Origin: Schlesneria paludicola DSM 18645 | Lineage (GTDB): Bacteria > Planctomycetota > Planctomycetia > Planctomycetales > Planctomycetaceae | Reading direction: 5' to 3' | NCBI GenBank assembly: GCA_945876035.1 | Contig: CAMCMU010000022.1 | Span: forward strand, 7,176-71,175 | DNA length: 64,000 bases | In this document: positions 8,363-18,014 of the stretch, piece by piece | How the letters are laid out: each line of letters starts with the position of its first letter | How positions within the stretch are numbered: the stretch's first letter is position 1 | Translations under genes and position numbers: made by a program | The notes under the pieces: generated by a model | The model's input: only the letters and a program-made list of their open reading frames with translations | Told to the model about the DNA's origin: nothing | The model's database searches: none

Positions 8363-9994
8363 CTAACTGTTGAACCAGCCCAAAAAGGCGACGATCAGCC
8401 AGACAAGCACAATCCCCCCCAAGATACAGCCCAAGAACGCGATCGACAGTTCTGAGGGCTCAGCCGGACTGGTGAGTGGAAACTGGTCCTGGACTTTGGG
8501 GGTCGAGGATGGCGTTGATGGATTCAGCCGTTGTGATGCGGGGGACTGATCCGGAGGGATGACGACTGTGAGTGGTTTGGAAAGCCGTGATAAAACCCGG
8601 ACCGGTACCGGTTCGGGTTTCGACAATCGCGGATCTGCGATCAGATCCGAATCCAACCAAGAGTCAATAAAACCGCTTAAGACCGGATCGACCAAATCAG
8701 ATTTCGAATTTGAGGTTGTCTTTGGCGGTAGGGGTGTATCACGGAGTTTGAGAGTGTCTGTTTTGACCATGGACGTCCCGAGTTTCGAATTCGAGGAGAG
8801 GACGTCCGTCGGGGCGGCGTCAGACGGAGTCGCCGGAGAGACGAAGACGGGTATCGCCGCCGAACTTGCTCCAAACTCTTTTTTCCGTGGGCCCACAAAA
8901 ACCAAGGGGTGCGTATCTCTCCAATGTTCGTCGGCATTGTCATCGATCCAAGCGAAAAACGTGTCTGCCACCTCTTTCGAAGTGGTATAACGATCGTCGG
9001 CTTTTTTGTTCATCATTTTTTGAATAATGGCAGACAATGTGGCGGGAATGTCTTTCCTCGAGGCTTCAACGGAAAGTGGTGTTTTGGTTTGGTGGGCCAA
9101 GAGTCGCTGTGTCAGTGTCCCTTCGTTAAACGGGGGACGTCCCGTGAGCAGAAAATACAGCGTGCACCCCAGTCCATAGATGTCCGCTCGTGCATCCACC
9201 GTATGGCTGTCGAGAGCCTGCTCAGGGGCAAGATAATCCGCCGTGCCGAGTACGCGTTCGTCGTGCATGATCGTCAACGACTCCGAGTCATCATCGGTCT
9301 CAAAGAACCGAGCCAACCCCAAGTCCAAGACTTTAACAACCCCATTCAGATCAACCAGCAAGTTCCCCGGTTTCACGTCCCGGTGGACCAAACCCGATTC
9401 ATGAGCATGGTGCAAGCCCAATGCCGCTTGGCGAATATATTCCGCAGCATCGAGAAAGCCGATCAGCCCTTGTTTTTGCACCAACTCATGGAGACTGTTT
9501 CCTTCGACGTATTCCATGACCAGAAAGTGAATTTCCTTCTCGCCGTCCAACTGTGAATCCACGTCATACGCTCGGACAATGTTGGGATGATCCAGCAAAG
9601 CCACCGCCTGGGCTTCACGATGGAAACGAGCGAGATAGGATGAGTCTGCAACGCGTTTTTGGGGCAGTACCTTGACCGCGCTCAGCCGGCGCATGACCGT
9701 GTGTTCGGCCAAAAACACCGAACTCATGCCGCCTCGCCCCAACAACGACAACAGGCGGTACTTTCCCAGAAAAAAACCTTTGTGCCGGCCCTGCAAAAGC
9801 TTCTCTGCCTGCCACTTCGTGATTGCGTTGACGGAGATCAAATACGTCACGAGGGTTGCCGAGTCGTCCGCATCCATAATGCGGACGGGATATTTGGTGA
9901 GCACCGCCTCCAGTCGGTCAGGTTCGACCAATCCACTCTTGTTGAGCAGGTCTAGAAAGGACTCGACGTTGAGTTTGTTGGACATGGACTTCAT
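8363..9994 (-). CDS. Serine/threonine protein kinase (Hanks type), C-terminal membrane anchor
   Basis: LGRGGMSSV, AVKVL, HRDVKPGN, DLG, GTADYLAPEQ; planctomycete-type N-terminal helical extension; Pro/Ser-rich linker; C-terminal TM (IAFLGCILGGIVLVWLIVAFLGWF). Confidence 0.95.
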   Translation of the reverse strand: MKSMSNKLNVESFLDLLNKSGLVEPDRLEAVLTKYPVRIMDADDSATLVTYLISVNAITKWQAEKLLQGRHKGFFLGKYRLLSLLGRGGMSSVFLAEHTVMRRLSAVKVLPQKRVADSSYLARFHREAQAVALLDHPNIVRAYDVDSQLDGEKEIHFLVMEYVEGNSLHELVQKQGLIGFLDAAEYIRQAALGLHHAHESGLVHRDVKPGNLLVDLNGVVKVLDLGLARFFETDDDSESLTIMHDERVLGTADYLAPEQALDSHTVDARADIYGLGCTLYFLLTGRPPFNEGTLTQRLLAHQTKTPLSVEASRKDIPATLSAIIQKMMNKKADDRYTTSKEVADTFFAWIDDNADEHWRDTHPLVFVGPRKKEFGASSAAIPVFVSPATPSDAAPTDVLSSNSKLGTSMVKTDTLKLRDTPLPPKTTSNSKSDLVDPVLSGFIDSWLDSDLIADPRLSKPEPVPVRVLSRLSKPLTVVIPPDQSPASQRLNPSTPSSTPKVQDQFPLTSPAEPSELSIAFLGCILGGIVLVWLIVAFLGWFNS

Positions 9995-10359
9995 TGCCTA
10001 TTGCATCACTGCGGATTCACGCGTCGCGTGGACAACTTTTGGAATTCAAATTTCCATCGACCTGCTCAACGGATTGCAGAATCATTTGCCATGCGGACAG
10101 TCTCTCCAAAGGAAAGGGGCACATGACTGACGGGGATAATGACTGCTCTGCTGCGGCTTAACAACATGTCAATCGAGAATCTTTGAATTCACCTGAGCAA
10201 GGACGACCTCGCTGAAGTGTACACAGTCCCTTTTTTAAAGTATGAACAGTAACGTCCTAGCGGCCCTTTAAAAACAAATGAAACTCTTCGCGGAATTTAT
10301 GAGACTCTGCTTTCGGACTCAACCGCCTGAGGATCGCTCTAACAAAAACCTGAAAAATA

Positions 10360-10899
10360 ATGACTCCCCAGTGCTCAAGCAAACCTCGTTTGACCAGTCG
10401 AGAACGATTTGCTCGATTCGGTTCGATTGTGTTGACGCTCGGAGTCGCCATTCTCGTGTTTCAAGGAATCGAGTCCAGCCAAGGAATTCCAGGAATGCCA
10501 CGGGCATGGCATCAAAATCAATCTCTCTGGCTCGCCTTGGGACTGACGGCCGTGGTGACCGGCGGGCGTCTCTTGTGGAACTCCGAATTACCACGAAACG
10601 AATTACTCACATGGAGACCTGCGATTCCCGGCCAGCGATTTGGCCGGCTTGTGATTTACACGCGGAAAAACTGCTCGTTGTGCACAGAAGCGGTGGAATT
10701 ACTAGCCGACTATTCACTCTGGCTGCCAGATGTGTTTGAGGTCGACATTGATACGGACCCGCAACTGGTTCAAGATTACGGAACGTGTATTCCTGTGATT
10801 GCCTGTGACTCCAAGATCCGGTTTCGTGGACGGATCGACGAAACTCTTCTTCGACGATTGATTGAAGGAACGCCACCAGTTGTCAATGGTCACGTGTGA
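10360..10899 (+). CDS. Membrane-anchored glutaredoxin-like protein (DUF836-like)
   Basis: Two hydrophobic N-terminal segments, then YTRKNCSLC...EVDIDTDPQL..DYGTCIPVI thioredoxin-fold pattern. Confidence 0.8.
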   Translation: MTPQCSSKPRLTSRERFARFGSIVLTLGVAILVFQGIESSQGIPGMPRAWHQNQSLWLALGLTAVVTGGRLLWNSELPRNELLTWRPAIPGQRFGRLVIYTRKNCSLCTEAVELLADYSLWLPDVFEVDIDTDPQLVQDYGTCIPVIACDSKIRFRGRIDETLLRRLIEGTPPVVNGHV

Positions 10900-11112
10900 T
10901 TGTCGATGGATCGTCAACAGACACGGGGATTTTCATTCCGCGATTCGATGCCGACGTGCCCACCGAAAATAGCCCCAAAGCTCGCGGCCACCTGTTCCGG
11001 CGAATTCCACTCAGCAGGGATGCACGATAAGATCCATGACGTAAAAAACAATCCCCAAAATAGTCTCCCCAGCCCGGCCTCACTTTATTCAACCCAATTA
11101 TGGACTCTCATT

Positions 11113-11574
11113 ATGATGATTGATCCCTCTCGAATTTTGATTGCGGACGACAACCTCCAGAACTGCGAGTTACTCGAAGCGTATCTGGCGGATGAGCGAT
11201 TTGTGATTGCCATGGCTCACGATGGTCAGGAGACCCTAAACCAAGTGGTCGAGTTTAATCCTGACCTGATTTTGCTGGACATCATGATGCCCAAACTCAG
11301 TGGCTACGAAGTCTGTAAACATCTCCGAGCGACTCCCTCAACGAAGGATATTCCGATTCTGATGGTTACGGCTCTCAATGAATTGGGGGACATCGAACGA
11401 GCGGTGCAGGCCGGAGCGGATGACTTTCTCACGAAGCCTGTTCATCGGATCGAACTGACGACCCGTGTTCGATCTCTTTTGCGAGTACGGCATCTGACCA
11501 ACCAACGCGATCGTCTGCTGGCTTATTTGGAAGAGGTTGATGGTGAGGCGGTCAAGTCGTTAGGTCTGAAATAG
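11113..11574 (+). CDS. Single-domain response regulator (receiver)
   Basis: ILIADDN, DLILLDIMMPKLSG, MVTA, FLTKP; short helical tail and no output domain. Confidence 0.92.
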   Translation: MMIDPSRILIADDNLQNCELLEAYLADERFVIAMAHDGQETLNQVVEFNPDLILLDIMMPKLSGYEVCKHLRATPSTKDIPILMVTALNELGDIERAVQAGADDFLTKPVHRIELTTRVRSLLRVRHLTNQRDRLLAYLEEVDGEAVKSLGLK

Positions 11575-11607
11575 ACTTAGGTCAAGACCATCACCCGCGC
11601 GATCGGC

Positions 11608-12888
11608 TTGATGCGATCTGTTGTTTGCGATTTCCGTTCACTTTCCATTAACCGTCAGTCGATTTCCGTGATTCCTCTGTCAACCTCCGTCGAGCCACTC
11701 CCGCAAATCGTTCTCAAACCCAGAAAAGCGTTGCCGTTTTTCAGTCGTCATCCATGGGTTTTTCAGGGTGCCGTCGGTTGGCTTGTGGGTGAGCCTCAAC
11801 CGGGCAGCGTGGTCGATGTCGTCGATGATCGGCAGCGATTTGTGGCCCGAGGCCTATTCAATCCCCAGAGTCAAATCTGTGTTCGACTCTATTCTTGGGA
11901 TGCCGCAGATGCGTTTGACGAGGGATTCTGGTCGCGGCGACTGGATGAGGCGATTGCCTTGCGGCGTTCGTTATTCGGTCCGTTCGACCTCGACTCCGCC
12001 TGTCGCCTGGTGTTCAGCGAAGCCGACGGGTTATCGGGACTGACCGTGGATCGCTACGGCGAATGGTTGTTGCTGCAAGTCACCAGTCTGGCACTTTCGA
12101 AACGGATGGAGACTTTGGTCCAACTGCTGCGTGAAAAGTTACAACCACGCGGAATCTGGCTCCGAACCGAAAAGGGGATTCGCGAGGCAGAGGGTCTTGA
12201 ACTCAGCGACGGTCTGTTATGGGGCGAGGCTCCACCGCGACCGCTGGTGATTCATGAAAACGGTGTCAAGTTTTCCCTCGACGTGGCGGAAGGGCAAAAG
12301 ACCGGATTCTTTCTCGATCAACGAAACAACCGTCGCCGTGTCGCGGAACTGGTGAAAGGCCATCGAGTTCTTGATGTCTGCTGTTATTCGGGTGGCTTCG
12401 CCTTGAACTGTCTCGTGAACGGAGCGGCCAGCGAAGTTGTTGGTGTCGACATGTCTGAATCCGCTTTGGCGTTGGCTCAATCGAATGCCGAACTCAACGG
12501 CGTCGCGAATCGACTGACATTGATCAAACGCGACTGCTTTAAGGCACTCGAAGAATTGGACGCGGCAGGCGAGCGGTTTGATACGGTGATTCTCGATCCC
12601 CCCAAACTGGCGCGGCATCGTCAAGGGCTCGATGCCGCATTGCGAGGTTACTACAGCTTAAATCGTTCGGGGATCCGTCTGCTCACTTCCGGAGGAATTT
12701 TTGTGACTTGCAGCTGCTCCGGCCACGTATCACGCGCGATGTTTGTGGACACACTCGCTCAAGCAGCCTTACACGAAAACCGCCGTCTGCAAATTCTGGA
12801 ATGTCGTGGCGCTGCGTCCGACCATCCGACTTCCGCCACCTGTCTCGAAACGGACTATCTAAAATGCTACATTTGTCGAGTTGTGTGA
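11608..12888 (+). CDS. rlmI: 23S rRNA m5C1962 methyltransferase RlmI family
   Basis: HPWVF PUA domain; FSEADGLSGLTVDRY; GQKTGFFLDQR; VLDVCCYSGGF; VILDPP; TCSCS. True start may be GTG 11668. Confidence 0.85.
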   Translation: MMRSVVCDFRSLSINRQSISVIPLSTSVEPLPQIVLKPRKALPFFSRHPWVFQGAVGWLVGEPQPGSVVDVVDDRQRFVARGLFNPQSQICVRLYSWDAADAFDEGFWSRRLDEAIALRRSLFGPFDLDSACRLVFSEADGLSGLTVDRYGEWLLLQVTSLALSKRMETLVQLLREKLQPRGIWLRTEKGIREAEGLELSDGLLWGEAPPRPLVIHENGVKFSLDVAEGQKTGFFLDQRNNRRRVAELVKGHRVLDVCCYSGGFALNCLVNGAASEVVGVDMSESALALAQSNAELNGVANRLTLIKRDCFKALEELDAAGERFDTVILDPPKLARHRQGLDAALRGYYSLNRSGIRLLTSGGIFVTCSCSGHVSRAMFVDTLAQAALHENRRLQILECRGAASDHPTSATCLETDYLKCYICRVV

Positions 12889-13074
12889 CCCGGACAGTCG
12901 CTTTCAGGACAGAGGGCATCCGTCGCCCAATCGTTGACTGTTTGAGAGTTGATCGCTCGGCTATTACCCCCTTTGCCACGTTGGATCGCTGGGCCGTGTG
13001 CCTCGCGTCGATTGAAGATTGGCGTCTGTGATCCGGTTCACTGCGCGTCGTTCACGCCACACCGCTTCGAGAAA

Positions 13075-13108
13075 CCCGCAGAAGTAAACCCCGCAGAAGT
13101 AAACCCCG
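13075..13108 (+). repeat. Short tandem repeat, 15-bp unit x2 plus a partial copy
   Basis: cccgcagaagtaaac cccgcagaagtaaac cccg, about 40 bp upstream of the 13148 start. Confidence 0.85.
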
Positions 13109-13147
13109 AAGACATGAGCTCCCGCTCGAACTGAGAAAGTCCAACGC

Positions 13148-14266
13148 GTGCCTCGCCCTGCCAAGCCCATACCCCACGACGATGAGTACTGCTTCGACGA
13201 GGACGTCCCGACAGCCAGCCTTCCCGTTCGACCGCACGAGCAACTACTGATCGACGTGATCCCCGAACTGCACGCCGTTCGTGTGCTCTGCACCACGGCC
13301 GGTCGTGCTCAATTTGCCGAGACGTACGCCCGAACACGTCCCGAGGCACACGTGGCGTGCTGTTTCTTTGATCTGTATCAGAAGAATCAGAGCGCGTTCC
13401 AGGTCTTCGATCACGGGCCTGTCGAGAATCTGAGGCTGCTGTGCAAACCGGACCTTCCTGAAGGAGAATCGGACCTGGTGGCCTTTTCCTTCCGCAAGGG
13501 TGGCGACGCTGAATTGACGCGGGATCTTCTGCAGCAGGGTTTCCAACGACTTGTCGACGGGGGGCGAATGATAGCCTCCACCGACAACGATGAGGACCAA
13601 TGGTTGCACGAACAGATGCGCGATTTATTTCCCAAGGTGACGCGCCGGCCCTACAAAAAAATCGGCACGCTGTATTTAACGACGAAGACCGGACCGCTGA
13701 AGAAGGTCAAACGGCACGACTTTGAATATGCCTTTCGAGATCAAGGCCGTTTGATTCGTGTTCTCAGCCGACCAGGAGTGTTTTCGCATCGCCGCATTGA
13801 TCTCGGTGCCAGAACTCTGATCAATGCGATGGAAATACGACCGCGGATGAAAGTCCTCGACATGGGCTGTGGCGCGGGTCCCGTGGCTCTCGCAGTCGCC
13901 TTTCGAGCCGAGAATGTCACGGTGATGGCACTCGACTCCAATCCTCGTGCGGTCCAATGTACGGAGCACAATGCCGAAATTAACGCGGCAGCCAATATCA
14001 CGTCGATCCTCGATTGCGAAGGATCGTCGGCCTCCACCGGCGATTTCGATTTGGTGCTGGCCAATCCGCCCTATTTTTCTGGATACGCGATCGCGGAATT
14101 GTTTCTCGATACCGCTTTTCGAGCGCTCAAGCCCGGCGGGTTGGTGCAAGTTGTGACCAAAACACCGAACTGGTTTTTGGAACGAATGCCGCTGTGGTTT
14201 ATCCACATCAACGAGACCGAAGCCAAGGACTACCGTGTCATCTCCGGTCGGAAGCCAAGGCCTTAA
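13148..14266 (+). CDS. RsmC/RlmG-like class I SAM methyltransferase (MTS domain)
   Basis: PGVFSHRRIDLGARTL; VLDMGCGAG; NPPYF; degenerate N-terminal MTase-like half, as in RsmC/RlmG. Confidence 0.85.
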   Translation: MPRPAKPIPHDDEYCFDEDVPTASLPVRPHEQLLIDVIPELHAVRVLCTTAGRAQFAETYARTRPEAHVACCFFDLYQKNQSAFQVFDHGPVENLRLLCKPDLPEGESDLVAFSFRKGGDAELTRDLLQQGFQRLVDGGRMIASTDNDEDQWLHEQMRDLFPKVTRRPYKKIGTLYLTTKTGPLKKVKRHDFEYAFRDQGRLIRVLSRPGVFSHRRIDLGARTLINAMEIRPRMKVLDMGCGAGPVALAVAFRAENVTVMALDSNPRAVQCTEHNAEINAAANITSILDCEGSSASTGDFDLVLANPPYFSGYAIAELFLDTAFRALKPGGLVQVVTKTPNWFLERMPLWFIHINETEAKDYRVISGRKPRP

Positions 14267-14610
14267 ATGCCGTTTGGCGATGTTTTCGTTCTCGGCAAAC
14301 TCAAAAGCGTGATTGCGGACGCCGTCGTGTCCTCGGGGATTGGCCGATCACTCGGGATGTGTGTTGAACATCTTCGATTGTTTTGAGCGGTCTGGGGCTG
14401 CTGTTTCTCGTGCGAGGTCAGCCGATGTTCCAAGATCGTGGTCGGCCGAAATCCGGCGGCCCCGATCGCGTCCTGTTCTGCGATGAAATCAACGTCGTGG
14501 TTAGTTATCATCTGCCGGCCATGCATCTGCGTGGAGATGCATGGCCGTTTCGTCCCACACGTCGGACGGGTGGTTGAGTTTTACCGACATTCCTGCGAAA
14601 GCGAGTTTCT

Positions 14611-16611
14611 GTGCCCGCCAAATGGATTGCGTGGAATCAAGTCGCCAACTTGATTCCTGCGGATGATGCTGGTCGGATGATGGCGCTGGTTGAGCGTCTG
14701 ATTGCGACGGCAGTCGATGCCGTTTCTGTCCAAGACTTCTTCCGTCAACAACTTCCAGAGATGGCAGCCGAGCTCGGCGTGACCGGAGCGGGCGTGATGG
14801 AGCGGCCTCCTGAGTGGATCACCCTCGCCCATTCAGGTCGCTGGAGCGAGATCTCCATTCCAAAACCGCTTCTCGCCGATGTCTTGGACAAGGACTCCGG
14901 TGTGGCAACGATTTTGGAAAACACGGCCAAGGATTCGTTGATCGCTGTTCCCCTCAGAGTTCGCGCACAAACCGGCATTGTCCTGACTTTGACGGGGCGA
15001 ACGATCTCCGAGGACGTTTTGCCGCTAGCGTTTTTTTTGGGCAGAGCGATCGGGGGATGCCTCGATGTCATTGCAGATCGACATCGGTTGTCTCAACGGA
15101 TTGATCGATTGCGAAGCATCTTAAAGATTTCCCACACGCTTTCCTCCATTCGAGAGACTCAACCGCTCCTCGAATCGATTGCGTTTGAGGCCACTCGATT
15201 GCTTGATTGTGATCGCGCCAGCATTTTTTTATGGGACCGCGAGCATCACGAGGTCATTGCCTGCCCGGCTCTCGGCGTGGCAGGCGATTCCTTACGATTG
15301 TCGGACAAAATCGGCATCGTCGGCGATGTGATCCATACGGCGAAACCGCTGCGGATTGACGATGCGTATAACGACGCGCGCTTCCATCGTAAAGTGGATC
15401 AAGCCAGTGGTTATAAGACTCGAAATTTACTCTGTATTCCCTTGCTGGATGGCGACAACACGCTTCTGGGCGCGTTTGAGGTAATCAATAAGAATTCCGG
15501 CGTGTTTACCGCGGAGGATGAGATCACATTGCTGGATCTGTCGACACCAGCGGCGGTTGCTGTTCAAAACACACGCGAACGCGAATTGCTACTCAGGTCA
15601 CACCACCAATTGACGGAACAGGTCACCAAGGGAGCCTCAATCATTGGCCAGAGCCAAGCCATGCAAGCCATGCGGAGTACAATTTGCCGTCTGGCGGAGA
15701 CAAACCTTCCGGTGTTGATTCTCGGCGAAAGTGGGACCGGAAAAGAGGTGGTTGCACAGTCATTACACTATCAGGGACCACGCGCGCAACGCCCCTTCAT
15801 TGCCGTCAACTGTGCTGCAATCACAGAAACTCTGCTGGAGAGCGAACTGTTCGGCCACGAAAAGGGGGCTTTTACGGATGCCCACGAAATGCATCGAGGA
15901 AAATTTGAAATTGCCGAAGGGGGGACGCTTCTTCTGGACGAAATCGGCGACATGAGTTCCGCTGGCCAAGCCAAACTCTTAAGAGTCTTAGAACAAAAAG
16001 TCATCACTCGCGTCGGTGGATCACAGACAATTCCGATCAATGTCAGAGTCCTTGCCGCAACGAATGCTCATTTGGCGGATGCGGTTCGCTCTAAGAAGTT
16101 TCGCGAAGATTTGTATTTTCGCCTGAACGTCGTCACGCTCGAACTTCCTCCTTTGCGCAATCGGGCCGATGACATTTTGCCGCTTGCCGAATACTTTCTG
16201 AAAGGCTTCGCCGTACAAGCCCGACGCCCGCTACTGCAACTGTCTGTCGCAGCGCGTCAACGATTGCAAGTTCACACGTGGCCCGGAAATGTGCGTGAGC
16301 TCAGAAATTTAATGGAGCGAGTCGCGTTTCTGGCTCCTCATGACACGGTGGACGCCGAGGACCTCGCATTTATTCTCAGCCCTGAAGAAAACCGCATGCA
16401 CGAACCGTCTCTCGATTTTGGATTGGGAGAGGCGACCATTGTCTTCCAGCAGGAATTTATCCGTCGGGCCATCAAACGCGTTCGTAATAATATGAGCGAA
16501 GCCGCACGGTTGCTCGGCTTACATCGTTCCAACCTGTATCGCAAAATGGGGCAACTGGGAATGAGCGAGGTCGCTGGCCGCGAAGACGACGATTCGAATT
16601 TGATGAGCTAG
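14611..16611 (+). CDS. GAF-domain sigma-54-dependent Fis-family transcriptional activator
   Basis: GAF (CDRASIFLWD...NLLCIPL...EVINK); Walker A GESGTGKE; ESELFGHEKGAFTDA; LLDEIGD; FREDLYFRLNV; WPGNVREL; C-terminal HTH (AARLLGLHRSNLYRK). Start may be ATG 14677. Confidence 0.93.
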   Translation: MPAKWIAWNQVANLIPADDAGRMMALVERLIATAVDAVSVQDFFRQQLPEMAAELGVTGAGVMERPPEWITLAHSGRWSEISIPKPLLADVLDKDSGVATILENTAKDSLIAVPLRVRAQTGIVLTLTGRTISEDVLPLAFFLGRAIGGCLDVIADRHRLSQRIDRLRSILKISHTLSSIRETQPLLESIAFEATRLLDCDRASIFLWDREHHEVIACPALGVAGDSLRLSDKIGIVGDVIHTAKPLRIDDAYNDARFHRKVDQASGYKTRNLLCIPLLDGDNTLLGAFEVINKNSGVFTAEDEITLLDLSTPAAVAVQNTRERELLLRSHHQLTEQVTKGASIIGQSQAMQAMRSTICRLAETNLPVLILGESGTGKEVVAQSLHYQGPRAQRPFIAVNCAAITETLLESELFGHEKGAFTDAHEMHRGKFEIAEGGTLLLDEIGDMSSAGQAKLLRVLEQKVITRVGGSQTIPINVRVLAATNAHLADAVRSKKFREDLYFRLNVVTLELPPLRNRADDILPLAEYFLKGFAVQARRPLLQLSVAARQRLQVHTWPGNVRELRNLMERVAFLAPHDTVDAEDLAFILSPEENRMHEPSLDFGLGEATIVFQQEFIRRAIKRVRNNMSEAARLLGLHRSNLYRKMGQLGMSEVAGREDDDSNLMS

Positions 16612-16839
16612 ATCTTTGATAGAAGCGACTCAAACACGGTGCACAACAATAACGTTCCGGCTGAAGCGGAATCGCCATGTCAGAGCCGATCACGTCGGCC
16701 CATTCCCCAGCGTCTTTTCCCGCTCAATTGGCAGCCGTCCTGGAACAGTGGTCTGGAGAGACCCGCGTTCCACAGGCGAGAAATGGGTCACCTGTTCGAA
16801 CAGCCGATTCTTGCGAGGCGACGTTTTAGCCACTGTTAT

Positions 16840-17634
16840 TCAGTCGACTTTCGAGTGTTCTCGATCATCATCGCCAATCGGATGTTTCTGCGAGTGGAGT
16901 TCCCGGCGGAGCGCCGCGACGTCCACTTGCAGGTCCCGTACAGTCGATTCAAGGGCGGCCAATCGCTGATCGAAATCGTGATGCTGCGCAGACGCTGGAG
17001 CGATCTCTGAGGCCGTGAGAGATCGGGCGGGACGATCGAAGCGGGGTGACGTGCTGTCTGGGCGATGTTTGGAATCGGGATCTTCGTTCAGGGACGGTAA
17101 CGGCTGATGCTTTTCATCGGTCCCGTAAAGATCATGATCCACTTCCATGCCGCGTCTTTCGAGCGGGCCATTCGCGCGCACCAGTTTTGCATCCAGCAGC
17201 ACCTGCAAATCCGCTCGCAGTTCGTCCTGAGACTCAATCTGCACCATTCGACTGGCGCGTGTTCGCAGTTCTCCCAGTTGTTGCTTACCGCGCAGCAGCA
17301 GTTCGGTCATGATGGCGAGTTGCGGTCCAGTGAGAGTTGTCCGCAACCGCATGTAATGGCGAAAACGCTCCGTGCGTCCCCCCTCGGTATGCAGGCATCC
17401 GACGAAACCGAGTTGTTGCAACTCTTCCAATGTCTGAAAAACGTCAGCCTCATCGTAACTGGAAATGGGGTCGCGATTATTCTTTTGATTGCAACCGGTC
17501 GTCGTGGCCTTGACTGTCATGGGGTACTGGTCTGGCACAGTGAACGCCTTCTCCAGCAAGACACCCAAGACGCGACGTTGCTTGCGAGACAGGGACGTGA
17601 GTGGAATCAATTCGGGATTTGTCGAGTCAGGCAC
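16840..17634 (-). CDS. DUF480 (YceH-like) protein
   Basis: RVLGVLLEK..TVPDQYPMT...CNQKNNRDP; LLLRGKQQLGELRTRASRM; C-terminal coiled coil. Confidence 0.88.
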   Translation of the reverse strand: MPDSTNPELIPLTSLSRKQRRVLGVLLEKAFTVPDQYPMTVKATTTGCNQKNNRDPISSYDEADVFQTLEELQQLGFVGCLHTEGGRTERFRHYMRLRTTLTGPQLAIMTELLLRGKQQLGELRTRASRMVQIESQDELRADLQVLLDAKLVRANGPLERRGMEVDHDLYGTDEKHQPLPSLNEDPDSKHRPDSTSPRFDRPARSLTASEIAPASAQHHDFDQRLAALESTVRDLQVDVAALRRELHSQKHPIGDDDREHSKVD

Positions 17635-17751
17635 AGCGCGTTCTCCGCAAAAATGTATCGTGACAATTCAAACCGACGCGCACTCCGAAACGGCAAACCA
17701 TCTCGAGGATCCGCAAGGAGGCTGACGGAACAACGTGTACCAGATCGAATC

Positions 17752-17958
17752 CTAAATCCCGTAGGTTAAAATCCACAGAACCAAAAAGGCGGCGCTCATA
17801 AATCCGATAATCTGGAGGAATAGCCGAATGGCTCGACCGAGAATTCTTTCGGGGAGCTCATACCGACTTGCGCTGTACACCAGACTGATCGCCAGAGCCA
17901 GAGGAAACAGGTACCAAGTCACGTTGGAACTAAACAGAAGTGATTGCACAGAGGGCAT
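17752..17958 (-). CDS. Small two-TM membrane protein
   Basis: 68 aa, two hydrophobic helices separated by SASRYELPERIL; collinear with its neighbours. Confidence 0.65.
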   Translation of the reverse strand: MPSVQSLLFSSNVTWYLFPLALAISLVYSASRYELPERILGRAIRLFLQIIGFMSAAFLVLWILTYGI

Positions 17959-18014
17959 CCGGTCGCACCTTGATGAAAGTGTCCTGCGAATTTCGGCAAA
18001 TTTTCAACATCGAC

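Noticed and set aside
8909-9556. 215-aa plus-strand ORF
   Set aside because: Antisense shadow of the Ser/Thr kinase; no motifs.
10231-10275. tttttaaag/ctttaaaaa inverted repeat in the kinase/glutaredoxin divergent region
   Set aside because: Low-complexity AT-rich arms with a long spacer; chance occurrence is likely.
13075-13108. Direct repeat as a CRISPR array
   Set aside because: Only two adjacent 15-bp units with no spacers, and no cas genes.
17107-17769. 220-aa plus-strand ORF
   Set aside because: Antisense shadow of the DUF480 gene.
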